64,000 bases of DNA from Spirochaetia bacterium (GCA_963677925.2 CAXXYH010000004.1:288001-352000), one strand, 5' to 3'; shown: positions 19,926 to 30,370, counted from the stretch's first letter. Notes: a model not told the origin generated them from the letters alone. Made by a program: numbers and translations.

Positions 19926-21187
19926 ATACTCTGGTGCTGCTGATCATAATTCATTCAGTTGTTACTGCAGCATTAATTGTTTTACTGGTTATTTTTTATT
20001 TGAAATCAAGAATGCTCAAAAACCTCAGCTCGATGGTCAACCATGATCTGCGCTCACCGCTGAATGCAATTCTCGGATTCAGCAATCTCCTTATGCAGAC
20101 AGAAAAAGACGAGGAGAAGATTAAATTTCTCACGGCAATAAATTCCGGAGGGAAAACTCTGCTTTCAACCCTGGAGGATGTTGAACACCGATTGAAGAAA
20201 AAATACAGCCCGATGGTTTTCAGCGGTATCAGAGAAATTCCTGAAAGAAGAATATTTTCAGGCAGTCTCGAATTTGACAACTCAAAAGAGCCACAGATAA
20301 TGATTGTAGATGACGTTTCCGAGAATATTGACTTTCTTGAAAACATCCTGCAGAAATCCGGGTTCAGAACTATTTCGGCATCCAGCGGCGAGCAGGCTAT
20401 TGAACTGCTGAAAGAGCACACCCCAGATCTGATACTCCTTGATATTGTAATGCCCGGCCTTTCAGGGTTTGAAACCTGTGCCAAGATTCAAAGCAACCGG
20501 GACTTCATAGATATACCGGTAATCTTTTTAAGCGCAAAAAAGGACGAGAAAACAATAATTGAAAGTTTCATCTACGGCGGAATCGACTATGTAGTCAAAC
20601 CCTTCAACAGCCCCGAGCTGCTTGCAAGAGTAAACACACATCTTCAGCTTAAATCAGCCAAGGAAAAACTCAATATACTCGCTTTTTCAGACAGCCTGAC
20701 AGGGCTCTATAACCGCAGAAAAATAATTGAAACCCTTGATCATGAAATGGCCCGCTCAAAACGCTATGGAGAGAACATGTCTTTTATCATGATCGATATT
20801 GACCTCTTCAAAAAAGTAAATGATACTTACGGCCATAATATCGGCGACAAAGCCCTCATACGCTTCGCGGAAATTGTAAGAAGCAGTCTTAGAGAAACCG
20901 ACTTTGCAGGACGGCTGGGAGGTGAGGAATTCGGAATAATCCTTCCTCAGACAAACAGGGATCAGGCGATGATCGTAGCAGAACGAATCAGGAGCAGAAT
21001 TGAAAAAGAAGCTGCAAACAAGGCTAAAGGAATCCCGCCGTTTACCGCAAGTTTCGGTGTTGCCGAATATGAAAAGAAAAACATCAGCTCCGATCTGCTG
21101 ACACAGAAGGCGGATAAAGCCTTATACAGGGCTAAAGAACTGGGCAGGAACAGGGTTGAATGCTTTATACAGGAGACAGCAGAGTGA
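19922..21187 (+). CDS. Diguanylate cyclase: TM-HisKA(DHp only)-REC-GGDEF
   Basis: NHDLRSPLNAILGF H-box; IVDD/LLDIVMP receiver; DSLTGLYNR, RETD I-site, GGEEF. Confidence 0.9.
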   Translation: MNTLVLLIIIHSVVTAALIVLLVIFYLKSRMLKNLSSMVNHDLRSPLNAILGFSNLLMQTEKDEEKIKFLTAINSGGKTLLSTLEDVEHRLKKKYSPMVFSGIREIPERRIFSGSLEFDNSKEPQIMIVDDVSENIDFLENILQKSGFRTISASSGEQAIELLKEHTPDLILLDIVMPGLSGFETCAKIQSNRDFIDIPVIFLSAKKDEKTIIESFIYGGIDYVVKPFNSPELLARVNTHLQLKSAKEKLNILAFSDSLTGLYNRRKIIETLDHEMARSKRYGENMSFIMIDIDLFKKVNDTYGHNIGDKALIRFAEIVRSSLRETDFAGRLGGEEFGIILPQTNRDQAMIVAERIRSRIEKEAANKAKGIPPFTASFGVAEYEKKNISSDLLTQKADKALYRAKELGRNRVECFIQETAE

Positions 21188-21696
21188 AAAAATACAGCCT
21201 GATATGCGCAGTGGCGGAAAACATGGTCATTGGAAAAGACAACAAAATTCCCTGGCATATCTCTGAAGATCTGAAACACTTTAAAAGGCTTACTACCGGA
21301 AATATTGTTGTAATGGGAAGAAAAACCTTCGAATCAATCGGAAAGCCTCTCCCGGGAAGAATATCAATCGTTATATCTTCTTCATATAAAGAACCGCAGA
21401 ACTACACATCCGATACTCAGCTTTATAAATGCGGTTCGCTTGAAGAGGCTCTTAATACTGCATCAGAAATTGTAGAAAAATCGGCCGAAAAAGATTCTGC
21501 TGATAAGGAAATTTTTGTCGCCGGAGGCGCGAGCATCTATAAACAGGCAATCGAAGGTGCCGAAAAACTTTATATCTCGAGAATTCCGGGAACTTTTGAG
21601 GGCGACACATTTTTTCCGGAGATTCAGGATCATATCTGGAACCTTACTTCTGAAACAGATTATGAAAAGTTCAGGTTTCAGATATATTCAAGGTAA
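21184..21696 (+). CDS. folA: Dihydrofolate reductase
   Basis: VIGKDNKIPWHISEDLKHFK, MGRKTFESIGKPLPGR, GGASIY, GDTFFP; GTG start overlaps upstream TGA. Confidence 0.95.
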   Translation: MKKYSLICAVAENMVIGKDNKIPWHISEDLKHFKRLTTGNIVVMGRKTFESIGKPLPGRISIVISSSYKEPQNYTSDTQLYKCGSLEEALNTASEIVEKSAEKDSADKEIFVAGGASIYKQAIEGAEKLYISRIPGTFEGDTFFPEIQDHIWNLTSETDYEKFRFQIYSR

Positions 21697-21708
21697 TTCG
21701 GCAGTACT

Positions 21709-22302
21709 TTAAATTATCTCAATTTCAGCAGTTCCGTTTGTTAAATCAATACAACGGGATTCAAACTCTGAGGCCTTATCCTCCGGAACATTTCCCGTTA
21801 TCCTGATATCAGTTCCGAAATTCTCTTCGAGGTCGGCAGTTTCAAGTTCTTCAAGCAGACTCTTTATAAGATTGAAAAACTGATAATCAGCCTTCAGTTC
21901 AAATCTGCTGTAATGAATAAGCTCAGCGGTCTTAAGTTTGTCCAGAACCCCGGAAGCAGCCTCTGAATAAGCCCTTACAAGTCCGCCTGTCCCGAGCTTT
22001 GTTCCGCCGAAGTAACGGACAACCGTGATAATAATATTGGTGATACCCCTGCCTTTTAGAATTTCAAGAACAGGCTTTCCTGATGTCCCGGAAGGCTCAC
22101 CGTCATCACTCATCCCCATAAACTGCCTCTGGTCGCCGCAGATAAATGCATGTACAACATGAGCAGCATCGGGATGTTCCGCCTTCTTTGCTTTCAGTAC
22201 AGCTCTTGCTTCCTCAGGATCCGTTACAGGTGTGATCTCGGAAATGAATCGGGATTTTTTAATAATTATCTCATGAATTCCTGAGCCGGCCGGTACGAGC
22301 AT
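21709..22302 (-). CDS. YigZ/IMPACT family protein
   Basis: IKKSRFI, SDDGEPSGTSGKP, VVRYFGGTKLGTGGLVRAY. Confidence 0.92.
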   Translation of the reverse strand: MLVPAGSGIHEIIIKKSRFISEITPVTDPEEARAVLKAKKAEHPDAAHVVHAFICGDQRQFMGMSDDGEPSGTSGKPVLEILKGRGITNIIITVVRYFGGTKLGTGGLVRAYSEAASGVLDKLKTAELIHYSRFELKADYQFFNLIKSLLEELETADLEENFGTDIRITGNVPEDKASEFESRCIDLTNGTAEIEII

Positions 22303-22387
22303 AGGCCATACTAACCTGATTACACTTAAACTGAAAAGAGCGGGCACCTTGCCTCACTATTATTTTTCAGATATTGTAAAACCGCAG

Positions 22388-24079
22388 ATGAAAAGAAACA
22401 GAATTATCATCTTCATTTCACTTCTATTCAGTATTGCAGCAATAGCCGCACTGCCTTTCCACCCGGAGGGACTGATATACCGGATAATTGCCGAATCATT
22501 TGATTACGCGGCAGTTTTTTTCATGCTCTTTTATCTTACAGCTGAACTGACCGCGGCTGTTTATAAAAAGCAGTACCTTATAAGAAATCTTTTCACTGTT
22601 ATCTTTATAATTTTTTATACTATCGTTTTTATTACATTGAAACTTCTGCCGGGACTGCCTGAGGAACTGAAAACAGCAGTCTTTACATTACGGGGCCTTT
22701 TCCTTGTTTTTAAGGCAGTGGAAGAGATACGCTCAGTCAGAACCCTGATCCAGAATATTTCCGAACATCCTGCAGGCTCAATACTGCTGAGTTTTCAGCT
22801 TGTAATAATAACCGGCACTCTGCTCCTTATGCTTCCCTTTGCCTCTGCAGACGGAAGCGGTCTCAATTTTATTGATTCCTGGTTTACCGCAACCTCGGCT
22901 GTGTGTGTAACAGGCCTTATAGTTGTCGATACTGCTGTATATTTCAGCTTCTGGGGAAAACTGATTATCCTCGTTCTTATACAGATAGGCGGACTGGGGA
23001 TTATGATAATGTCATATTTCTCTGCATTTATTCTGAGAAGAAAGATGAGTTTTACAGAAAAAAGAAGACTCTCCTTTGCGATCAGTGATAATGATTATTC
23101 AGGGATAATAAGACAGCTGAAATCTATCATATACCTCACCTTTACCATTGAGTCTGTCGGTGCGCTTGTCCTGTTTGCAGGACTCGGAGGAAGACTCGGA
23201 TACACTGCAGAAACGCTTTTCAACGCAGTTTTCCACTCAATCAGCGCCTTCTGCAACGCCGGGTTTTCGCTGTTCTCAAACAGTCTGGAAGACTTTTTTG
23301 CAAGTCCGCTGGTCATGCTCACCGTCAGTCTTCTGATTATTCTCGGCGGGCTCAGTTTTGCTGTAATCATAAATATTGGAACAAGTATCACAGGCAGAAA
23401 AAAGGGATTGCGCCTGAGTATTAACAGCAGGATTGTTCTAATCTGGTCTATTGTGCTTATCGTAACCGGTATGTACCTCTTTTACGGTACAGAGCACCGG
23501 AACACACTTCTTCATCTGAAACCGGGAGAACAGCTGCTTGCAGCCTTCTTTCAGTCGGTTACTCTCAGAACCGCCGGATTCAACTCAGTCCCATTTTCGG
23601 GGCTGACAACAGGAACTCTGCTTATAATGTGTTTTTTCATGTTCACCGGAGGTGCTTCCGGCAGCACGGCCGGAGGAATAAAGGTAAATACCATGGCGGT
23701 CCTGACAGCATACATCAAAAGCCTTTTTACAGGCTCCCCAAGAACAACCATTTACCGATATCAGCTGTCCAAAACAAATGTCCTCAGGGCTTTTTCAATT
23801 TTTCAGTACGGTCTTACAGCAGTATTTCTGGGTGTGGTCGGTCTTGTCCTTACGCAGGACCTGCCGCTTGATAAAATTATATTTGAAACAGTGTCCGCCT
23901 TCGGAACGGTAGGGCTTTCCGCGGGAATAACAGCCGCGTTAAACACACCTGGAAAGCTTATAATAATACTTCTGATGTTCAACGGACGAATCGGTCCGCT
24001 GACAATTATTGCCTCATTCTCCAACAGGCAGAAAACCGGCACAATTCAGTATCCGCAGGCGGATATTTCAATAGGATAA
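22388..24079 (+). CDS. TrkH/KtrB family cation transporter with extra N-terminal TM region
   Basis: SAVCVTGL, SAFCNAGF, RTAGF, GSTAGGIK, SAFGTVGLS filter motifs. Confidence 0.92.
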   Translation: MKRNRIIIFISLLFSIAAIAALPFHPEGLIYRIIAESFDYAAVFFMLFYLTAELTAAVYKKQYLIRNLFTVIFIIFYTIVFITLKLLPGLPEELKTAVFTLRGLFLVFKAVEEIRSVRTLIQNISEHPAGSILLSFQLVIITGTLLLMLPFASADGSGLNFIDSWFTATSAVCVTGLIVVDTAVYFSFWGKLIILVLIQIGGLGIMIMSYFSAFILRRKMSFTEKRRLSFAISDNDYSGIIRQLKSIIYLTFTIESVGALVLFAGLGGRLGYTAETLFNAVFHSISAFCNAGFSLFSNSLEDFFASPLVMLTVSLLIILGGLSFAVIINIGTSITGRKKGLRLSINSRIVLIWSIVLIVTGMYLFYGTEHRNTLLHLKPGEQLLAAFFQSVTLRTAGFNSVPFSGLTTGTLLIMCFFMFTGGASGSTAGGIKVNTMAVLTAYIKSLFTGSPRTTIYRYQLSKTNVLRAFSIFQYGLTAVFLGVVGLVLTQDLPLDKIIFETVSAFGTVGLSAGITAALNTPGKLIIILLMFNGRIGPLTIIASFSNRQKTGTIQYPQADISIG

Positions 24080-24089
24080 GGATTTAGCT

Positions 24090-24779
24090 ATGAATGAAAA
24101 TGTTTTTCTTGTTATAGGACTCGGAACCTTCGGTTGGGAAACCTGCGAGGAGCTGGCCGCCCGCGGTGCAAAGGTAATAGCCGTGGACAACAAACCGGGC
24201 CGGATTGAAAAAATTAAGGAGATCGTTACCCAGGCAATCCTTCTCGATTCAACCGACGAGGAAACTCTGTCCACCCTTCCATTTGAAGATGTTGATCTTG
24301 CAGTAATCGCAATCGGAGATAACATTGAGGCAAATATCCTTACAACAGCGCTTCTTAAAAAATCCGGAGTACCATACATCATAGCCAGAGCTGCAACGGA
24401 ACTGCACGAGCAGGTTCTTAAACAGGTAGGAGCAAATGAAATAATCAATGTTGAAAAGGAAGCTGGGATTCAGCTTGCCGAGAAGATAATTGCGCCTGAC
24501 ATCCTCGATAAGGTTCCGGTAACTGCAGACATCAGCGTTGCCGAAGTTTATGTTCCGGAAGCCTTCATCGGTAAAACCCTTCAGAATGTAGACCTTCCGG
24601 GAAAACTGGAACTGACAATAACCGCAATCAAGAGGACTGCCTTTACTGTTGATGAAGAGGGAAACCCGATTATGAATGAATCGGTAGTTTTTCCCGACGG
24701 AACAACCGAATTCAAAACCGGCGACATCCTGCTGGTCGTCGGAAAGAACGATAAGATAGATTCTTTAAAGGGCATTTAA
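24090..24779 (+). CDS. TrkA/KtrA family RCK regulatory subunit
   Basis: VIGLGTFG Rossmann motif, AVIAIGDNIEAN, RCK_C tail. Confidence 0.92.
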   Translation: MNENVFLVIGLGTFGWETCEELAARGAKVIAVDNKPGRIEKIKEIVTQAILLDSTDEETLSTLPFEDVDLAVIAIGDNIEANILTTALLKKSGVPYIIARAATELHEQVLKQVGANEIINVEKEAGIQLAEKIIAPDILDKVPVTADISVAEVYVPEAFIGKTLQNVDLPGKLELTITAIKRTAFTVDEEGNPIMNESVVFPDGTTEFKTGDILLVVGKNDKIDSLKGI

Positions 24780-24780
24780 A

Positions 24781-25578
24781 ATGATCCAGATAAGAAAAAG
24801 CGTACTGATAATCCTTATAGTAATGGCAGCTGCATCAGTCTGCGGAATCGCCCTGTATGCCTGGTCGCTGCTGAATAATTCCGCCGGGTTTTCAGCAGAT
24901 GATATTAAATACTATTCCGAACAGATCGTCTTCGCCGCGGTTGTTCTTGCAAGCCTGCTTATCCTGTTTGTCATCTTAATCTTTTTAAGAAACCGTAATT
25001 TCAACAGGGATCTGGATCGTCTGATTAAACTTGATACAATCAACCCGGCATCAACTGAGAACAACCTCAGACGGCTGGGCAGTCTTGGAAAAAAACTGAG
25101 CCTCCTCTACAGGCAGATAAACGACATCAGCGAGAAAAGAGGCCTCAAGATCGGGGCGCTGACCGCTCTTACTGAATTTCTCTGCATGAACACACAGCTT
25201 CACATCATTCTTACCGACATCACAGGCAGAATCCTCCAGGTCAGCCGCGGATATCTCGATGAAAAGCAGGCTGTCCGTTCTGAACTTGTACTGAAAAATA
25301 TTAGAGCCGTGATGCCGGAAGTCAATTTTCCGGGAATCGTTTCGGAGCTTGAAAAGAGACACCTTCCGGTTGAAGCCGAATCAGGGAATGAAAAAATCAG
25401 GTGGGTACCCATTCACAACCGCAATAATGAAATCAGTTATATTGCTGCAATACCATCCAAAGTTGAGCTGAAACTTCCTCAGTTCAATCCCCAGACAAAA
25501 AAGCCGGCGGACAGAAGACATAATTCTGTTTCCGATTTTATTCACAGGGTAAGAGGAGTCTCAAAAAAGGTCTTTTAA
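24781..25578 (+). CDS. Hypothetical 2-TM membrane protein with possible HAMP/PAS-like cytoplasmic region
   Basis: Two hydrophobic helices then IILTDITGRILQVS PAS-like start; 1 bp after ktrA-like gene. Confidence 0.6.
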   Translation: MIQIRKSVLIILIVMAAASVCGIALYAWSLLNNSAGFSADDIKYYSEQIVFAAVVLASLLILFVILIFLRNRNFNRDLDRLIKLDTINPASTENNLRRLGSLGKKLSLLYRQINDISEKRGLKIGALTALTEFLCMNTQLHIILTDITGRILQVSRGYLDEKQAVRSELVLKNIRAVMPEVNFPGIVSELEKRHLPVEAESGNEKIRWVPIHNRNNEISYIAAIPSKVELKLPQFNPQTKKPADRRHNSVSDFIHRVRGVSKKVF

Positions 25579-25594
25579 AGAATAACGGCAGCGG

Positions 25595-27370
25595 CTATTC
25601 CCCGAACTGAAGCGAGTACAGACTGCTGTAAAGACCCTCCGATGCCAGCAGCTCATCGTGACTGCCGCTCTCTGCAATCCGCCCTCCGGAAAGAACGATT
25701 ATACGATCAGAATCTGTTATTGTTGAAAGCCGGTGTGCAATGACTATTGATGTGCGGTTTTCAAGGATGTTCTTCAGACCCTTCTGAATATATTTTTCGG
25801 TTTCTGTATCAATGCTCGCAGTTGCTTCATCCAGAATCAGGATCGGCGGATCATGGGCAAGTATACGGGTAAAGGCAATCAGCTGTCTCTGGCCGGCGGA
25901 TAGATTAGAACCGCCTTCCGTCAGCTCAAAATCAAAACCGTAGCCAAGCTTTTCAAGCACGGGTTTCAGGCAGGCAGTTTCTGCGGCCTGTTCCAGTGCC
26001 TCATCAGAAATATCCTTTCCAAGAGTAATATTATCCCTTATTGAGCCTGAGAATATAAAAACGTCCTGGGCAACAGCCTGTACAGTCTGCCTCAGTTTTT
26101 TCAGCGGAAATTTTCGGATATCCTCACCGTCAATCTTTATGCAGCCCGAATCGACATCCCAGAACCTGGCTGCCAGGTTTGCTATCGTTGACTTTCCGGC
26201 TCCGGTATATCCGACAATAGCTACTGTCTCTCCGTGTCCGGCAGAAAAACTCACATGCTTAAGCACAGGTTCGCCCTCTTTGTATCCGAAGCTTACATCA
26301 TTGAAAGTCAGCCTTGATTCTTCTGCCGGGACCGTTTCCGGACATCCTTCCGGCTCTTTTCCGGAGTAATCGGGAATATGATCTTCAGTTTCAAGAAGTT
26401 CAAATATTCGCTCGGCACCGGCCATTGCGGACTGCATAACCGTGAACTGTTCAGACAGCTGCTGAAGCGGCCGGTAAAATTTCTGAACTAAATCCAGATA
26501 GGCGATAAGAACTCCCAGGGTAAGAATTCCCTTTGCATGCATTCCGGCACCGAAGTAGATAATTACCGCAAGAGAAACTGTCCCAAGCATACTTATGAGG
26601 GGCCGGAAAACCGCAAATACATACATCTCACCCATATTTGCCCCAAGCAGTTTGTCATTGTTTTTTCTGAAGTTCTCATCTGTGTAATCTTCGTGGGCAA
26701 AGGACTGAACAACCCTTATCCCGGAGATTCTTTCCGACAGAAATGCATTAAGCATAGACACACGCTTTCTGACCCTGCGGTAGGCATCACGCGCCTTTAC
26801 CCTGAAAAAAACAGTAATCAGGATTACCGGAGGCAGAGTCAGTACAGTCAGAGCACCCAGCCTTACATTCAGAAAAAAGAGGACACCTATTACGCCGGCC
26901 ATTACTACAAAATTCTTGATTAACGTCATAACCACCGAAGAGAAGAATTCACTTATTGTCTCAACATCATTCGTTGCCCTCGTCACAAGTGTTCCGACCG
27001 GACTCTTCCCGAAAAAAGACAGGGACTGCCCGGCAGTATGGGAAAGAAGCTCCATCCTGAGAGTTTTCATAATTCCCTGGGCTGCTGCTGACATCAGATA
27101 AACCTGAGCGAATGATGCTATAAGACCTAGCCCCAGAAGGCCTAAGAGAATCAGACTGTTTCCGGCAAGTCCTGAAACAGAGGGGTTTTCACTTAAAATA
27201 TTGGTATCCACACTCCTCTGAATAATCACCGGGGCAAGCAGTTCGGAAACAGTTACCGCGACAAGGGCTGCCAGAGATACAGCGGTATGCACAGAATAGG
27301 GCTTAAGATATGCCAGAAGCTTGCGCATCAAATGAGGGTTATATTTTACAATTATTTTCTCATCTTCCAT
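25595..27370 (-). CDS. ABC exporter permease/ATP-binding subunit (MdlB-like)
   Basis: TM domain + GYTGAGKS, LSAGQRQ, ILDEAT, IAHRLST. Confidence 0.93.
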   Translation of the reverse strand: MEDEKIIVKYNPHLMRKLLAYLKPYSVHTAVSLAALVAVTVSELLAPVIIQRSVDTNILSENPSVSGLAGNSLILLGLLGLGLIASFAQVYLMSAAAQGIMKTLRMELLSHTAGQSLSFFGKSPVGTLVTRATNDVETISEFFSSVVMTLIKNFVVMAGVIGVLFFLNVRLGALTVLTLPPVILITVFFRVKARDAYRRVRKRVSMLNAFLSERISGIRVVQSFAHEDYTDENFRKNNDKLLGANMGEMYVFAVFRPLISMLGTVSLAVIIYFGAGMHAKGILTLGVLIAYLDLVQKFYRPLQQLSEQFTVMQSAMAGAERIFELLETEDHIPDYSGKEPEGCPETVPAEESRLTFNDVSFGYKEGEPVLKHVSFSAGHGETVAIVGYTGAGKSTIANLAARFWDVDSGCIKIDGEDIRKFPLKKLRQTVQAVAQDVFIFSGSIRDNITLGKDISDEALEQAAETACLKPVLEKLGYGFDFELTEGGSNLSAGQRQLIAFTRILAHDPPILILDEATASIDTETEKYIQKGLKNILENRTSIVIAHRLSTITDSDRIIVLSGGRIAESGSHDELLASEGLYSSLYSLQFGE

Positions 27371-29123
27371 TTTCAGCCTGCTGCAGATTATAAATTGTCC
27401 TGTACAGCCCCTTCTCTGACAGAAGCTGCTCATGCGTGCCCTGCTGCGTAATGCAGCCGTCTTCGAGCACTATTATGTTATCGGTATGTGAAAGGGTACC
27501 GATCCTGTTTGAAATAATAATAGAAGTCCTCCCGGCTCTCTTTTCAAGAAAACTCCGGATTATTGAAGCCTCGGTCTCGGAATCAACCGCGGAAAGGCAG
27601 TCGTCGAATATCAGTATTTCCGGATTGGTCAGATAAGCTCTTGATATTGCAACCCTCTGCTTCTGACCGCCGCTTAAAGTATGGCCCCTCTCGCCGACCA
27701 TGGTATCCCAGCCGAAGGGAAATTCTTTAAGATCCCTGCTGATGGTTGAAAAATCCGCGGCCTCCCTTATAAGCTCATCCCCGGCATCAGGAACTGCAAA
27801 CCTGATATTCTCCTTGATTGTCTCGGAAAACAGAAAAGTATCCTGCATAACCACACCGACGTTTTTACGGAGTTCTGAAAGGTTATAATCCCTTATATCC
27901 CGGCCGCCTATAAAAACGGTTCCGGCAGGGACTTCATAAAGCCTTGGAAGCAGACTTATCAGGCTGGTTTTTCCCGAACCGGTCCGGCCGAGTATTCCCA
28001 GCGAATGCCCCTGCTTAAGCTGAAAACTGATATCGGTTAAAACCGGAACGGTAACAATTTCTTCCTTTTTTTCATTATAAAAATCACGTGAATATGAAAG
28101 GCCCCGGACTTCAACATCACCCGCCGGTTTAACATCTATTCCCGCACCGGAGACTATATCCGGCTTCTCATCCAGAAATTCTCCTATTCTTGCAAGTGAA
28201 GCTCCGCCGCGTTCGAGCCAGTTGATGGTAAACCCCGCGCCCATCATCGGCCAGACAAGAAGCCCCAGATAGCTCAGCACCGCGGCAAAGTCACCCGGAG
28301 AGATAATTCCGTTAATTACCTGCTGCCCTCCGAACCAGAGAAGCAGAAGGGAGGTAACTCCGGAAAGAAAGTTGATAAGCGGAAAGAAAAATCCCCATAC
28401 CCTGATAAGAGACATTGCGCGCTGCAGATAAATATCATTTGCAGTTTTAAATTTTTTAGCCGCAAAATCTTCACAGGCGAAGGTTTTGTATACCCTGATT
28501 CCTGCAAAAGTTTCCTGGGTATGAGCGCTCAGGTTTGAAAATCCTTCCTGAACAAGCTTCGATCTTCTGCCCAGCAGTCTTCCTGCGCCAACTACAAGGA
28601 TAAACAGAAGCGGCAGTGGTATCGCAATCCATCCGGCAAGGCCGGGATAATCCCTGAAAAGGATGACAAGAATTAAGGTTGCCATGAACAGCCCGTCAAC
28701 AATAGAGACAACCGCCATCCCGCAGGCCATTCTTATTGCATTCATATCATTTGTGAACCTCGACATTATATCGCCGGTCCTTCTTTTTTCATAAAACCCG
28801 GGAGAAAGTCCCAGAAGATGACGGAAAAGTTTCTGCCTTAGATCACTTTCAATTCGTCTCGCAGTCCCGCCTATAAAAAAGCGCCATCCGAATCGCCCCG
28901 CTGCAATAAAAACGGCAATCACAACCATAATTACCGCAATGTTTAAAATGAGACCGGTACTGCCCTCGCCCGAAGAGATCAAATTTACGGCCCTCTTTGT
29001 AAGCTGGGGAATGTAAATCTGTCCGGCATCTGTTACAACCAGACAGATCAGCCCGGGAATGTAGAAAAGAAGATTCTTTCTGAGAAATGGAAGAAGTCGT
29101 TTGTATTCACCAAGATAAGACAC
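27360..29123 (-). CDS. ABC exporter permease/ATP-binding subunit (MdlA-like, degenerate Walker B/H-loop)
   Basis: GRTGSGKT, LSGGQKQR, IFDDCLSAVD, ISNR; heterodimer partner of downstream gene. Confidence 0.93.
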   Translation of the reverse strand: MSYLGEYKRLLPFLRKNLLFYIPGLICLVVTDAGQIYIPQLTKRAVNLISSGEGSTGLILNIAVIMVVIAVFIAAGRFGWRFFIGGTARRIESDLRQKLFRHLLGLSPGFYEKRRTGDIMSRFTNDMNAIRMACGMAVVSIVDGLFMATLILVILFRDYPGLAGWIAIPLPLLFILVVGAGRLLGRRSKLVQEGFSNLSAHTQETFAGIRVYKTFACEDFAAKKFKTANDIYLQRAMSLIRVWGFFFPLINFLSGVTSLLLLWFGGQQVINGIISPGDFAAVLSYLGLLVWPMMGAGFTINWLERGGASLARIGEFLDEKPDIVSGAGIDVKPAGDVEVRGLSYSRDFYNEKKEEIVTVPVLTDISFQLKQGHSLGILGRTGSGKTSLISLLPRLYEVPAGTVFIGGRDIRDYNLSELRKNVGVVMQDTFLFSETIKENIRFAVPDAGDELIREAADFSTISRDLKEFPFGWDTMVGERGHTLSGGQKQRVAISRAYLTNPEILIFDDCLSAVDSETEASIIRSFLEKRAGRTSIIISNRIGTLSHTDNIIVLEDGCITQQGTHEQLLSEKGLYRTIYNLQQAENGR

Positions 29124-29209
29124 ATGCTACTTTACACATTATATCGGGCAGAATCAACAAACAGAAAAAAAACCTTGATTTATTGTTTTTCTGCTAATAT
29201 AAATATTGA

Positions 29210-30370
29210 ATGATTATAGAAAAAGCGTTTATCCACTATTTGAACATCCCTTTTAAAATGACATTCAGCCACTCTAAAGCAGACAGAGCCCACTCGGATT
29301 CCATAATTCTTGAAATACAGGCCAAATCTGCCAGCGGTAAAGAGATATTCGGTTACGGCGAAGCTGTAATACGTGAATATGTTTCCGGAACTATTGAGAA
29401 TTCAGACACCGAAGAAGAGGCGGTTACTTCGGTATTCAATGAATTCCTTAACGAATTCAGAAGCAGGGAACTTTCTCCCGACAATGTTCTGAATGAGCTT
29501 AAGGCTTTCAATCCCGAAGCTGAAAAACTGCCTGTCCTCTGCGCAGTTGAAACCGCAATGCTGGACCTCCTCTGCACCGAGACCGGCTCGGATATTTATA
29601 ATCTGCTTGGAGTCGAGCCGCAGAGAGAAACAATCGTATACGGCGGTACGCTGCCTGTCCTCCCGATTCCGGCGGCCCGCAAACTTATGGGCGCATATAA
29701 ACAGATGCAGATTCCTAACCTGCGCATCAAGGTCCTTGATGATACCGCCTACAATACCGAAATACTGGCTCTGGGCCGTGAAATCTTCGGTGATGATTAC
29801 CCGCTTAAAATTGACGCCAATGCGGCCTGGACAGCAGAGACTGCAGTAGAAAATTTTCCGCTGCTGAAAAAGTTCGGAATAACGATCATTGAAGAACCCT
29901 TCGGCAGAAATGAGTCCGAAATGGATAAGATCAAAAAGCATGAGGCATTTGATGATTTTATTTTTATGGCGGACGAATCGGCACTTAACATGGAAGATCT
30001 GAAGGCTGCAGTCAAAAACAAAACATATAAAATGATAAATATCCGGCTCGCAAAAAACGGAGGCCTTTTAAAAGCTCTTGACTTAGCCGCTTTTTCTGAC
30101 AAAAATGGTATGAAATATATGTCCGGATGTCATGTCGGAGAAACAGGAGTACTCAGTGCTGCCGGAAGAGCGGCCGCATCCATAATGAAAAATCCTGTCT
30201 TTACCGACGGGTCGTTCGATGCCCATTTACTTGAAGGAAATGTAACCGAAGATGATTTAAGCTTCGGCCTCGGCGGTATCGCCGGTATAATAAGGAATAA
30301 AAACCTGGGTTTTAAACTCAGCAGAAAAAATCTGGAAGGGTACACTATTGAAAAAAGAACTTGTTTTTGA
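29210..30370 (+). CDS. Enolase superfamily enzyme (muconate lactonizing/dipeptide epimerase-like)
   Basis: GYGEA capping domain; metal ligands in IDANAAW, IEEPF, MADES; RIK on beta2; NIRLAKNGG; GCHVGETG. Confidence 0.88.
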   Translation: MIIEKAFIHYLNIPFKMTFSHSKADRAHSDSIILEIQAKSASGKEIFGYGEAVIREYVSGTIENSDTEEEAVTSVFNEFLNEFRSRELSPDNVLNELKAFNPEAEKLPVLCAVETAMLDLLCTETGSDIYNLLGVEPQRETIVYGGTLPVLPIPAARKLMGAYKQMQIPNLRIKVLDDTAYNTEILALGREIFGDDYPLKIDANAAWTAETAVENFPLLKKFGITIIEEPFGRNESEMDKIKKHEAFDDFIFMADESALNMEDLKAAVKNKTYKMINIRLAKNGGLLKALDLAAFSDKNGMKYMSGCHVGETGVLSAAGRAAASIMKNPVFTDGSFDAHLLEGNVTEDDLSFGLGGIAGIIRNKNLGFKLSRKNLEGYTIEKRTCF

